The notes under the pieces are model-generated. The model worked only from the letters and a program-made list of their open reading frames with translations. It had not been told where the DNA came from and searched no databases. DNA of 63,530 nt, counting the filler. It is 6 parts of 6 records of this genome, joined end to end, with 100 filler letters (N's around TTAATTAATTAA, not from the genome) between each part and the next. Parts side by side here need not be neighbours in the genome. Positions count along the whole stretch, not along the records: positions 25,933 to 39,088 come from DRR723986_8400; positions 39,189 to 45,299 come from DRR723986_8401; positions 45,400 to 51,525 come from DRR723986_8402; 3 more parts are not named here. One strand, given 5' to 3'. Positions 37,839 through 47,474 of the stretch are shown one piece after another. Within the stretch, counting starts at the first letter, position 1, and each line of letters starts with the position of its first letter. Both the position numbers and the translations under genes were made by a program.

Positions 37839-39088
37839 TTAGTCGCTGACAGGGGACTCTTTGATCGCCGCATTCATTCTGCGGCGAAGTAGTGGCCCCA
37901 CGAGATAAGGCAGTACCAGGCCAAGGCCGGCGACAGTCCATAACCCGATGGCGAGAGGACTCCCCCAAAGAATGCTCCAGTCGCCGTCCGACAGGACCAG
38001 GGCATGTCCCAGGTTTTTCTCCATTTCCGGCCCCAGCAACAGGCCCAGAATGATGGGAACCAGAGGAATCTCAAGTTTGCGCAGAAAATAGCCGGCAATA
38101 CCGAAGGCAATCATGAAATACAGATCGAAGGTGCTGTGGCTGATCGAGTAGATCCCGACAAACGCGACCATCGTGACAATTGGCAGCAGATACATCGGCG
38201 GCACAGACAACAACCTTACGAAGAATCCCACCAGCGGAATGTTCAACACCAGCAGGAGGACGTTGCCAATCAGCAGCGCGGCAATAACGCCCCACACAAT
38301 GTCGGCATTCTGGGTAAACATCAGCGGGCCCGGTGTGATGTTCAGCGAAATCAGCATCGCCAGCAGGACAGCGGTCGTGCCGCTGCCCGGCACACCCAAT
38401 GTCAGCATGGGGACCAGGGCACCCGAGGATGCCCCGTTGTTACCGGCCTCGGGCGCAACAACGCCCCGAATGTCACCTTCACCAAAACGGCCTTTTTTGC
38501 CGACCACCTGTTTTTCCAGGGTGTAGCTGATAAAACTACCCAGAGAAGCACCCGCCCCCGGCAGCACACCGGAAATAAAGCCGAGAATCCCGCCGCGAAG
38601 CTGTGTTGGTATGGTCGTTACCAACTCCTTCAGGCTCAGGCTGAGCTTGCCAACCTGCATTTTCTCTCGCCCTTCCCCCATGCGATGCTCCACGAAAAAC
38701 AACAACTCGGAGATGGCAAACAGACCCACAATGGCCAGAATGAAATCGATACCTTCATAGAGTTCAAGCACACCGAAGGTATAGCGCTGGGTTCCCGTGG
38801 AAATATCGATACCCACCGTGGAAATCATGATCCCCAATGCCGCCGCAATAACCGTCTTCATGGGGTTCTTGCCGGTGATCCCGCCCAATGTGGCAAACGC
38901 CAGCAGAAACAGCGCAAAGTACTCGGCAGGGCCGAAGGTAAGGGCAAACCTGGCCAGCACGGGCGCCAGCATGATCAACCCGATGGTCCCGATCAGACCA
39001 CCCGAGAAAGACGCGATGGCAGAAACCGCCAAGGCATCAGCGGCCCTCCCTTTACGGGCCATCGGGTAGCCATCCAGGCAGGTCATCA
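37839..39088 (-). CDS. tctA: Tripartite tricarboxylate transporter large subunit, N-terminus truncated
   Basis: LDGYPMA, FGPAEYF, LPGAG, APEAGNN and LTLGVPGS motifs. Confidence 0.93.
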
Positions 39089-39188
39089 NNNNNNNNNNNN
39101 NNNNNNNNNNNNNNNNNNNNNNNNNNNNNNNNTTAATTAATTAANNNNNNNNNNNNNNNNNNNNNNNNNNNNNNNNNNNNNNNNNNNN
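39089..39188. other. Artificial contig spacer
   Basis: N-run with TTAATTAATTAA. Confidence 0.99.
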
Positions 39189-39393
39189 GGTCAAACGCGC
39201 GTTGGAACTGAACGCGACGGCCCTGATCTTGGTGCACAACCACCCCTCGGGCGACCCGACGCCCAGTCAGGCAGATATCGACATGACGGGGCAGATCCAG
39301 CGCGCCGCCGACAGTCTTGGCATCACGCTGCACGATCACCTTGTCATCGGCCGCTCGCGCGAACTCAGCTTCCGCGCGGAAGGGCTGCTGTAA
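39189..39393 (+). CDS. radC: RadC (JAB domain), C-terminal fragment
   Basis: [12 protein letters not shown] and LHDHLVIG motifs. Confidence 0.92.
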
Positions 39394-39429
39394 CGGGCCC
39401 GGCCGGACGATCACCCAAGGCAGCGGTCC

Positions 39430-40989
39430 TCAGTCCACCCAAACCTCGACCCGGCGGTTGACCTGTCGCCCCCATGCGCTGTCATCGCAGGCCATGGGCA
39501 TGGCCTCGCCGTAGGCCTTGGTAGAGAGGTCAATCCGCGACAGGTCTGCCGTGTCCGCCGCCTGTTGCACCGCATCCAGCACCGCCCGCGCCCGGCGGTC
39601 GGCGATCGTCAGATTGCCTTCCGCCGGTCCCGCCCCATCGGAAAAGCCGACGAAGAGCAGCGCCCGCCCGTCGAAGCTTCCCGCCTCCAGCGCGCTGGCC
39701 AGCTGCATCACGTTGGAGCGTGACTGAGCGTCCAGCCGCGCCGAGCCCGCTTCGAACCGAAACGACAGGGTCAGCCGCTGCTTCCGTTGCAACGCGCTTG
39801 CCATGTCTTTCAGGGCGTCCAGCCCACCAGCCTCTTCGGCCACGAGCACCGCATTGGTCAGCCGGTCGCCCTGCAGGTCCATCGGCACGGCCTCGGGTTC
39901 CTGATCGACGAACCCCGCCCGCCGGATCACGATCTGCGCCGGAGAGCTGCGCGTATAGGTCAGAAAGTCTCGCCCCAGCGCCGGAAGGCGACGGGCCGGC
40001 ACATACAGGAACATCGGCGCGGTCAGCGGGTAGTCCTCTGTCTTGATGGTCCGGCGGGCGGCCCGCAGTTGAAAGCCGCAAGGCCCGGTGAGCACCAGCG
40101 GCTTGGTCAGCCCCACCTCGGAAAAGCTGGCGAGCCCAAGCCCGAAAGGGTCCTTCGCGACCGCCGCGGCCAAGGCCTGATTGCTGGCATGGCGCAGCAC
40201 CGATGCCTCCAGTTCGACGCGGGCCGGCCGCAGGAGACGATCCTCCATCGCCTGAGACAGCCCGGATTGCGCCCCCCGAAGATGCACCGTGATCGGCGCG
40301 TCCGGGCCGCCGAAGGCCGCCCAGTTGTCGACCTTCCCCGCCAGCACCCTCACGATATCCGGGATCGACAGGGCCACCACGGGGTTGCCCGCCTCGACGA
40401 TCGGAACCATGGCATCCAGCGCGATCACCCGCGAGCGCCGGGCGTCCGTCATGTCCCCAAGTCCGGCCTCTTCTGCCTGCCTGACCTCCTCGGGCCGGAT
40501 TTCCCGCATCGCCATGACGATGTCGGCCTCGTCCGCCAGCAGGTCGGCAAAGCCTTCGTCGGTGTTCGAGACGTGGAAGTGAAAGCGCCCCACCGGCTTG
40601 CCGCCATCCGTCAGCACATAGGTGAACCGCGCCGGATCGGCGCCGTCGGGCAGCCGTTCCGAGCCCAACCCGTTGCGCAGCGCGAAGCCTTCGATCAGCG
40701 CGGGCATCAGCACCCGCCCGATGGTGGCGGAGCCGGAGACGGAGATCTCGGCGACGAAATCGATGAGCGAGGGGCAACCGAGGCCGGTGCAGTTGACGCC
40801 CGAGCCGTCGACGGTCAATTCTCCGAACTCGGTCTCGACGCGGTAGAATTCCCCGTCGAAGCCCAGAAGCGTACCGACGATCTCGATGGAGCCATCCCGG
40901 GATCGCAGGGTCACGTCCTGCGCTGCCGCCCCCAAGGCCCCTATGGCCAGAAAAAGTGCGGCGAAAATCGCCGCACGCAGATACGCCAT
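39430..40989 (-). CDS. PstS-like substrate-binding domain fused to an OmpA-like peptidoglycan-binding domain
   Basis: SGSATIG, ALDAMVPIV and YPLT (PBP); GFSD..G....NL..ADRRA and NRRVEVW (OmpA C-terminal). Confidence 0.85.
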   Translation of the reverse strand: MAYLRAAIFAALFLAIGALGAAAQDVTLRSRDGSIEIVGTLLGFDGEFYRVETEFGELTVDGSGVNCTGLGCPSLIDFVAEISVSGSATIGRVLMPALIEGFALRNGLGSERLPDGADPARFTYVLTDGGKPVGRFHFHVSNTDEGFADLLADEADIVMAMREIRPEEVRQAEEAGLGDMTDARRSRVIALDAMVPIVEAGNPVVALSIPDIVRVLAGKVDNWAAFGGPDAPITVHLRGAQSGLSQAMEDRLLRPARVELEASVLRHASNQALAAAVAKDPFGLGLASFSEVGLTKPLVLTGPCGFQLRAARRTIKTEDYPLTAPMFLYVPARRLPALGRDFLTYTRSSPAQIVIRRAGFVDQEPEAVPMDLQGDRLTNAVLVAEEAGGLDALKDMASALQRKQRLTLSFRFEAGSARLDAQSRSNVMQLASALEAGSFDGRALLFVGFSDGAGPAEGNLTIADRRARAVLDAVQQAADTADLSRIDLSTKAYGEAMPMACDDSAWGRQVNRRVEVWVD

Positions 40990-41010
40990 GGAAGCTCCGT
41001 CAGTCGCCCG

Positions 41011-42000
41011 TCACCGTTCGGCGATATTCAGGTCTTCGACGAGGTTTTTCAACACCAGAAAGTCACCGAGATCCTCGCATTCCGGCATGTCGAGCACCAG
41101 ATCCCGCACCCGCAGCCCCGCGCCGTCGCGAATCTCCAGCGTCTGGGCCTCGACCTTCTGGTTGCAATTCTTCGCCGTCACCTCGGCCTCGACCGTCATG
41201 GCGACGTCGCCCGCCTGCCGCGCCGTTCCGCTGGGGAAGGAATAGACCTCGGCCACAAGGGCCTCTGGCGCGTCCATGCGGCCAAGGCGCATCAGGAAGC
41301 CGCCCTCCCCCCGCGCCGCGGCGCCGAGGTCGCCGGCACTGGCGGACCAGACGTGGCCGGTCTGGAAGTAGGCCGCGCCGTATTCCCGGGCATGGAGTTG
41401 AAGCCCCGCCTCCCCCTTCCACTGCACCGCGACCCGGTCGTAAAAGGGCAAGGAGGTCACGTCCGCCACAGCCGTGGCGCCCTCACCTCCGGGGAAGGAG
41501 ACCATGAAACTCGCCCGCTGGGCAAAGGCCGGAACCGTTACGGTCAAAGAGCCGTCGGGCTGCATGATCTCGGTGAACATCAACCCCTGATGGTGGATCG
41601 TGACCCGTTCACTGGCCTGGCAGGGCGCCTCCAACGTCAGCGCGACCATGGCACCGGCGATCGTCTCGGCGGTCATGGCGATGTCACAGGCAAAGCCGGG
41701 GCCCGCCTCTTCATCCGGCAGTTCGACCGCGAAGGGGTCGGATTCGGCGCCCAGCATCGGCCCTTCGACCGCGGCGGGCGTCACCGAAACCTCCGGGGAA
41801 CCAAGCGAAGCAACCTCGCCGATATCGACGGGCATCAGCGGGATCACCGCCGCCGAGGACGTCGGCGTGATATCGGTGACCTCCAGCGTGGCGCCACGGG
41901 CCTTTTGCTGGCCGGGCAGCCCGTACTGCATGACGTAGCCGATACCCAGCGCACAGGCGAAGGTCGCACCACCCATGATATAGCTTCTGATCCGCGACAT
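41011..42000 (-). CDS. Membrane-anchored hypothetical protein
   Basis: GGAGG SD; N-terminal TM, acidic linker and beta-rich Cys-containing domain (LQLHAREYGA.Y...GHVW). Confidence 0.7.
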   Translation of the reverse strand: MSRIRSYIMGGATFACALGIGYVMQYGLPGQQKARGATLEVTDITPTSSAAVIPLMPVDIGEVASLGSPEVSVTPAAVEGPMLGAESDPFAVELPDEEAGPGFACDIAMTAETIAGAMVALTLEAPCQASERVTIHHQGLMFTEIMQPDGSLTVTVPAFAQRASFMVSFPGGEGATAVADVTSLPFYDRVAVQWKGEAGLQLHAREYGAAYFQTGHVWSASAGDLGAAARGEGGFLMRLGRMDAPEALVAEVYSFPSGTARQAGDVAMTVEAEVTAKNCNQKVEAQTLEIRDGAGLRVRDLVLDMPECEDLGDFLVLKNLVEDLNIAER

Positions 42001-42294
42001 GGCGGGCCTCCTGATCCATAAGGTCAGGAAACACTGTGTTGGGGAATCAAGGCGCTGATTTGACGGCCCGGCGGAGTCATTGGGACGATTGCCCGGCCGC
42101 GCATGGCTGACGGGGGCGCCAGAAGACGCCCCCTGAGGAACTTGGAGAAGGTTGTCCTGTGAGCCGGACCTACCCGGATCCGCGCGATGAATTTTACAGC
42201 CTCCAAGCGTCCCAAATCCAACGAGGTGAAGATTGTCCCGAAACCTGGGGAAGTTAGTCCAGAACCCAAGCCTCCCCACAATCTGGAAACGACA

Positions 42295-42317
42295 AAGGGT
42301 CCGCAGTGCGGACCCTT
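42295..42317 (-). terminator. Terminator-like hairpin
   Basis: AAGGGTCCGC-AGT-GCGGACCCTT. Confidence 0.6.
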
Positions 42318-42430
42318 GGCAAATTCACGGAACCGGGACGACTTTACGCGGCGCGGATCGCCAGAACTTCAGCCACTGGCATGACCACTGCTGCCACCCC
42401 GGTTGACTTGGGATTCCGGAAAGCGGGCAG

Positions 42431-43098
42431 CAGCACCGGCATCAAGTTCCTTGGCGACGGAGAATGGCAAGCCCGCAAGCATGGCGTTCAGAGCCGCCGC
42501 CAATGGCGCAAGGTGCATCCGGCCATGGACACCGCCACCTCGGACGTCCGGGCCGTCCCTTGCCCGTCAGGCGATTTGCACTGCAAATCTGCCGAGAGGA
42601 AGTTCGCCCCCAGTCGGGAAGATGACCGCCCCGTCCTGCCGGACCTGTTGGGCCAGATCCCCAAGGATGAGGACATCGGCACTGTGACCGCGGATGGCGC
42701 CTACGACACCCGCCGCTGCCACGGCGCCGTCATTGCACGCAGCGGTACGGCTATCACACCGATCCGAAGGAACGGCCGGGCTTGGAAAGAGGACTGCCCG
42801 GCTGCGAAGGCGCGCAACGAAACCCTGCGCGCCACGCGTCAAAGCGGTCGGGCATTCTGGGAGCGGTGGACCGGGTACCATGCCCGCAGCCGCGTAGAGG
42901 CCAGGATGCCATGCCTGAAGGCTTTCGGTGAACGCATCACGGCGAGGGATCCCGATCGCCAAACCGCCGAAATCCATATCCGGGTCGCCCTTGTCAACCG
43001 CTTCAACGCGCTCGGCACTGCCGAGCTCGTCCGCGTGGTTTGAGCCTGAACGGCAGAGGGCCACTCACGCCTCAGGCCGCCCTTCCGATCGGAACGCC
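42431..43098 (+). mobile_element. Truncated IS5-family (IS903-like) transposase remnant
   Basis: STGIKFLGDGEW..RKHG...RRQWRKVH, TADGAYD and GYHARSRVE motifs; N-terminal part and first catalytic Asp (DSTG) lost; degenerate right end ..AACGCC. Confidence 0.85.
42558..42599. repeat. 42-bp palindromic element inserted in frame in the transposase
   Basis: CCTTGCCCGTCAGGCGATTTGCACTGCAAATCTGCCGAGAGG; core GATTTGCA-C-TGCAAATC; adds PCPSGDLHCKSAER. Confidence 0.65.
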
Positions 43099-43105
43099 CA
43101 AAGGA

Positions 43106-44008
43106 CTATGCGTCAGAGGTCGCCGAAAATGTGTCGTACAGGAACGCACCCGCGGGTCCCAAGGCACCGGACTTCAGTTTGGCGACCACGACCCTCAAGC
43201 TTGGCATCACATTGGAGGAGCCCCATTCCCCAGGGTGCAGTTCCACAAGGGTGCCGCGCTTCAGATCAGCCTCGACCATCGGCCTTGGCATGGACCCCCA
43301 GCCGATGCCCTGTTTTATAAGATCGTGTCGCAAACGCATCTCGCTGACATGCCATTGGTTCACGCCGATCACGGCGAAGTCTTTGGCGTTGCTGGGGGCC
43401 TTCGGGTTTGAGACCACGATTTGAAGATGATCGCGCATGGCCTCTTTCGGGAATTGCGGTGGCAATTGTGCGAGCGGATGATCCGGTGTGGCCACGGCGA
43501 CGAGATCCATCTTGGTGACCGATCGGCTTTGCAGCTCAGGCTCTGGATGGGGTGACTGCAGGAACAGGCCAAGATCAGCCCGGTAGTCGGTGAGATGCTG
43601 GGTTGCCGTTTGCGGCTGAACGGCGATGATCCGCAGTTGTACCATCGGGAATTCCGCGTGAAATCGGCGCAGCGGGTCCGCGAACATCGACAGTGTCAAA
43701 AACGTTTCCACCAACAGGGTCAGTTCGGCTTCGACTCCTTTGGAGACGGACTGCGCCTGCACGCGAAACTCTGCCAGATCATCCATGATGCGGCGCACGC
43801 GGGGCAGCAGGGCGCGGCCTTCTTCCGTCAGGGTGGGGCGATACCGGGTCCGGTCGAACAAGACCACGCCTGTTTGATCTTCGAGCTTTTGAACGGCGTA
43901 GGTCACAGCCGACTGCGCGCGCCCGAGCTTGCGGGCGGCGGCGGCAAAGCTGCCTTCCGCAACGATGGTCAGGAAGACCGTAAACTGATCCAGGGTGATT
44001 GCGTCCAT
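43106..44008 (-). CDS. LysR family transcriptional regulator
   Basis: GSFAAAARKLGRAQSAVTYAVQKLE HTH. Confidence 0.93.
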   Translation of the reverse strand: MDAITLDQFTVFLTIVAEGSFAAAARKLGRAQSAVTYAVQKLEDQTGVVLFDRTRYRPTLTEEGRALLPRVRRIMDDLAEFRVQAQSVSKGVEAELTLLVETFLTLSMFADPLRRFHAEFPMVQLRIIAVQPQTATQHLTDYRADLGLFLQSPHPEPELQSRSVTKMDLVAVATPDHPLAQLPPQFPKEAMRDHLQIVVSNPKAPSNAKDFAVIGVNQWHVSEMRLRHDLIKQGIGWGSMPRPMVEADLKRGTLVELHPGEWGSSNVMPSLRVVVAKLKSGALGPAGAFLYDTFSATSDA

Positions 44009-44116
44009 CTCTATCAGATTATCAGAACATGATCTTCTAAACTATCCCAGTATTCTTGCAGGTCGTGTGCGCCTAGATCACTGGCACATCGCAAACACAG
44101 TCAAGAAGGCTTCCCT

Positions 44117-44542
44117 ATGGCGTATGCTTCCACCACCACAGCCCCCGTCTCGAAGGGCGCAAACATCGGCATTTGGGTCGCGCAGGTTCTGGGCGCGGGT
44201 CTGTTCATCATGTCCGGCGTGATGAAAACGATGACACCCATTCCGGAACTCTCGGCCATGATGCCCTGGGCCGGCGAGTATTCCGCGACCTTCGTGCGCT
44301 TTATCGGCGTGATCGATCTTGCCGGTGGCTTGGGTCTTCTTTTGCCCTCGCTGACACGCATCCTGCCGCGACTGACTGTGATCGCCGCGGCGGCCTGTGT
44401 GCTGCTGCAAATTCTTGCGATCGGGTTCCACGCCATGCGCGGTGAATTCGAAGTCCTGCCGTTGAACGCAGTCTACATCGGCCTCGCGCTGATTGTCCTT
44501 TGGGGCCGTGGCCTCAAGGCACCCATCGAAGCGCGCAGCTGA
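44117..44542 (+). CDS. DoxX-like membrane protein
   Basis: WVAQVL...SGVMK, IGVIDLAGGLGLLLP and FH motifs. Confidence 0.85.
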   Translation: MAYASTTTAPVSKGANIGIWVAQVLGAGLFIMSGVMKTMTPIPELSAMMPWAGEYSATFVRFIGVIDLAGGLGLLLPSLTRILPRLTVIAAAACVLLQILAIGFHAMRGEFEVLPLNAVYIGLALIVLWGRGLKAPIEARS

Positions 44543-44615
44543 TCACGCGCCGTATCGCAGGATCGGATTGCGATACGGAAAGGACCTGCATCACGGCAAA
44601 CAAGTGGTAATATTC

Positions 44616-45274
44616 ATGACCGGCACGCTCCCTACCTACTTTATCTCCCATGGCGGCGGCCCTTGGCCCTGGGTGCCGCCGATGCGGGACTTCTTCGCCC
44701 CGCTCGAGGCCTCCTTGAAAGAGCTGGTCGCAAACCTGAGCGAGACGCCCAAAGCGATCCTGATGATTTCGGGCCACTGGGAAGAAGCGGACGTGGCCAT
44801 CATGGGCGCTGCCAAACCGCAAATGATCTATGACTATTCCGGCTTCCCGCCGCACACCTATGAAATCGAGTACAACGCCCCCGGCGCGCCCGATATTGCC
44901 GCCCGCACGCTGGACCTGCTGAGGGCGGCTGGGATCAAAGCCCATATCGACCCCGCACGCGGCTATGACCACTGCCTCTATGCCCCGATGGAGGTGATGT
45001 ACCCCGACGCGGACATGCCGGTCTTTCAGGTGTCGATGCTGAAATCCTATGATCCCGCGGATCACATCGCCATTGGCCGCGCCCTCAGACCGCTGCGGGA
45101 CGTAGGCATCCTGATCGTCGGGTCTGGCCTCAGCTTTCACAACCTGCGCCTTCCGCGTGGGGTCGGCAAGGAACCGTCCGCCGAATTCGACGCTTGGCTC
45201 TCCGACGCAATGAACGCAGCCCCCGAGGCACGGCGTGACGCCATGTTGAATTGGGAAACCGCCCCCGCAGCCCT
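44616..45274 (+). CDS. DODA/LigB-type extradiol dioxygenase, C-terminus missing
   Basis: FISHGGGP, ISGHWE, YDYSGFP, RGYDH and GSGLSFHN motifs; the expected HP.E.H segment is absent. Confidence 0.85.
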
Positions 45275-45299
45275 TGTAATCCCCCCGTTTTTGCAGGGG
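45275..45299 (+). mobile_element. Possible IS3-family terminal inverted repeat at the contig end
   Basis: TGTAATCCCCCCGTTTTTGCAGGGG begins with TG where dioxygenase similarity stops. Confidence 0.4.
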
Positions 45300-45399
45300 N
45301 NNNNNNNNNNNNNNNNNNNNNNNNNNNNNNNNNNNNNNNNNNNTTAATTAATTAANNNNNNNNNNNNNNNNNNNNNNNNNNNNNNNNNNNNNNNNNNNN
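45300..45399. other. Artificial contig spacer
   Basis: N-run with TTAATTAATTAA. Confidence 0.99.
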
Positions 45400-46161
45400 C
45401 TGCAGGGCCATCTTGTCTTTGGTCAGGTCAACGCCATGCTCTTTTTTGAACTCATCCGCCAGATAGTTGACGATGCGCATGTCGAAATCTTCGCCACCCA
45501 GGAAGGTATCGCCATTGGTGGATTTCACCTCGAACAGGCCATCGTCGATTTCCAGAATGGTCACGTCGAACGTGCCGCCGCCCAGGTCGTATACGGCGAT
45601 GGTTTGGGTGTTTTCTTTGTCCAGACCATAGGCCAAGGCGGCTGCGGTAGGTTCGTTGATGATGCGCAGCACCTCTAGCCCGGCGATTTTACCGGCGTCT
45701 TTGGTGGCCTGGCGCTGTGCGTCGTTGAAATAGGCGGGCACGGTGATCACGGCTTGGGTTACTTCTTCGCCCAGATAGCTTTCGGCGGTTTCTTTCATCT
45801 TGCCCAGGATGAAAGCGGAAATCTGGCTGGGGCTGTATTTATCGCCCTTCACCTCGACCCAGGCATCGCCATTGCCGCCATCGATCACCGAATAGGGCAG
45901 GTTTTTCTTGTCTTTCGCCAGGTGCGCATCGTCCGCGCGGCGGCCAATCAGGCGTTTTACGCCAAAAACGGTGTTGGCGGCGTTGGTCACGGCCTGGCGT
46001 TTTGCAGCCTGGCCAACAAGGCGCTCGTTATCTGTGAAACCCACGATCGAGGGGGTTGTGCGCGTGCCTTCCGAGTTTTCAATAACTTTTGGCTGCGAAC
46101 CATCCATGATGGCAACGCACGAGTTGGTGGTACCAAGGTCAATACCGATCACTTTAGCCAT
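45400..46161 (-). CDS. dnaK: Chaperone DnaK, N-terminal part
   Basis: [18 protein letters not shown] and DLGGGTFD motifs. Confidence 0.99.
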
Positions 46162-46270
46162 TTTTCGATCCCTTTCTATTCAAGGCGATGACACGAGACG
46201 ACAGACCCGTTATGGCATCCGCGCCCCGATCCTTTGCATGTGCCAAAGCCTGGCAGCATGCTTCCCGGCG

Positions 46271-46300
46271 TATATAAGGAGCGGAAAATGGGGCTGCAAG
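46271..46300 (-). promoter_or_regulatory. RpoH (sigma32) promoter of dnaK
   Basis: Minus strand CTTG-N17-CCTTATATA, matching the alphaproteobacterial RpoH consensus. Confidence 0.7.
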
Positions 46301-46699
46301 CGCCTGCACCGGCACCAAGGTGCGATTGTGCACAGATTTCCTGCAAAACAGGCTTAAATTTTTACTCAGACCTGCGGAATTGTTAAAATTGCGTATGTTT
46401 ACCGCCTGTAAACACCTGTTGCACCATTCTGCCTTTGGGTGAGTATAAAAGGTGGTGGAGATGAGTGCGCAGTCAAATGCGGCTGTAACCATTATCAAAC
46501 GTAAGAAAGTTATTGCAGGCGGGGGCCACCATGGGGGCGCCTGGAAAGTGGCTATGGGATCAGGTCCTTTGGTCGGCGGGCTTTTATGCCCGGTTGGAAT
46601 GGGTGCCTAACCGGCAATTATGTCTTCTGACATGTGCGCCCCGTTTGTATCGGAACCGCGCCACCTGCTTGGTGCCTGCCCAATTTGCCCGCCAAAAAC

Positions 46700-46716
46700 C
46701 TAAAAGAATGCTAAAC
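46700..46716. promoter_or_regulatory. CtrA-like box downstream of flgN
   Basis: CTAA-AAGAATG-CTAAAC versus consensus TTAA-N7-TTAAC. Confidence 0.4.
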
Positions 46717-46758
46717 CGCGTATTCTATATCCTGCCAGTTTGAGGCGAATTTTTCCTA

Positions 46759-47097
46759 TCAGGCGCGGCGTTCCAGCTTACCTGATTTGCCATGATAGAT
46801 GGTTTCGCGTTGGCCGTTTTCTGTGTAGGTTTGCAAGCCGTTTTGCGCGCTTTGCAGGTCTTTCATGCGATCCAAAAGCGCGCGAATCCCTTGGGCGGCG
46901 CTATCAAACAGCCCCTGGTTTCGGGTGGCCAGCTGCCGCAACCGGGCCAGTTCAGCGGGGCTGGCACCGCTTAACTTTTGGCTCAGATCCAGCTTTTGTG
47001 CAGATAGCGCCAGCGCGTCATTAATTTGGCCGCGCATCAGGGCATTGGCCTCGCGCTCTAAAACTTTATGCAAATTGGCTGCAACTTTGTGCTTCAT
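46759..47097 (-). CDS. flgN: FlgN-like flagellar chaperone
   Basis: RNQGLF..A..GIR...LQTYT..G..LERRA; coupled to flgJ by an ATGA overlap. Confidence 0.7.
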   Translation of the reverse strand: MKHKVAANLHKVLEREANALMRGQINDALALSAQKLDLSQKLSGASPAELARLRQLATRNQGLFDSAAQGIRALLDRMKDLQSAQNGLQTYTENGQRETIYHGKSGKLERRA

Positions 47098-47369
47098 TCC
47101 ATGCCTCCTTTGAGCGATTTGAAAAGATGCTCGGCCAGGCCAATGCCGCCGTTTTTGGCCATGGCCCGGGCTTGCTCGGCCAATAAGAACGAGGTGAACT
47201 GATCTTCGCCTGTGCCGCCGCTAAACCCAGTGGGTGCCTTGCCTAACCCGGCTGATTTTAGCATTTGCGCCAAAAACACGGCTTCGAATTCGGTGGCCAG
47301 TTTTTGCAAATCGGCGGCTTTTGCGCCGGGTTTGTGGGGCAAAGCCGGCTGATGGGTGATAGGATCCAT
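47094..47369 (-). CDS. flgJ: Rod-binding protein, short FlgJ
   Basis: FEAVFLAQMLKSAG...GEDQF.SFL...GGIGLAE. Confidence 0.88.
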   Translation of the reverse strand: MDPITHQPALPHKPGAKAADLQKLATEFEAVFLAQMLKSAGLGKAPTGFSGGTGEDQFTSFLLAEQARAMAKNGGIGLAEHLFKSLKGGME

Positions 47370-47415
47370 AGGTGCCTTCAAATTGAGCTATTTTTTCCGA
47401 TGCTGCCCGATTTGG

Positions 47416-47432
47416 GTAAAGAAGCGGTAACC
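47416..47432. promoter_or_regulatory. CtrA-like box between divergent flgJ and fliK
   Basis: GTAA-AGAAGCG-GTAACC. Confidence 0.5.
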
Positions 47433-47474
47433 AACGCACTGTTATCACACCCCGGCATCCAGAACGGAGGTGTC

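Noticed and set aside
39189-39393. radC as a marker of a mobile or anti-defence island
   Set aside because: Only a fragment is visible and the context fits the ordinary chromosomal copy.
39787-42021. 744-aa plus-strand ORF
   Set aside because: Antisense to two well-formed minus-strand genes; Arg/Gly-rich shadow composition.
42344-42430. tmRNA tag reading frame (peptide ends LAIRAA)
   Set aside because: No ANDN resume motif and no tRNA-like domain are visible.
46154-46743. ORFs 46154-46498 (-) and 46513-46743 (+)
   Set aside because: They overlap the dnaK promoter and the structured leader, and show no convincing SD or motifs.
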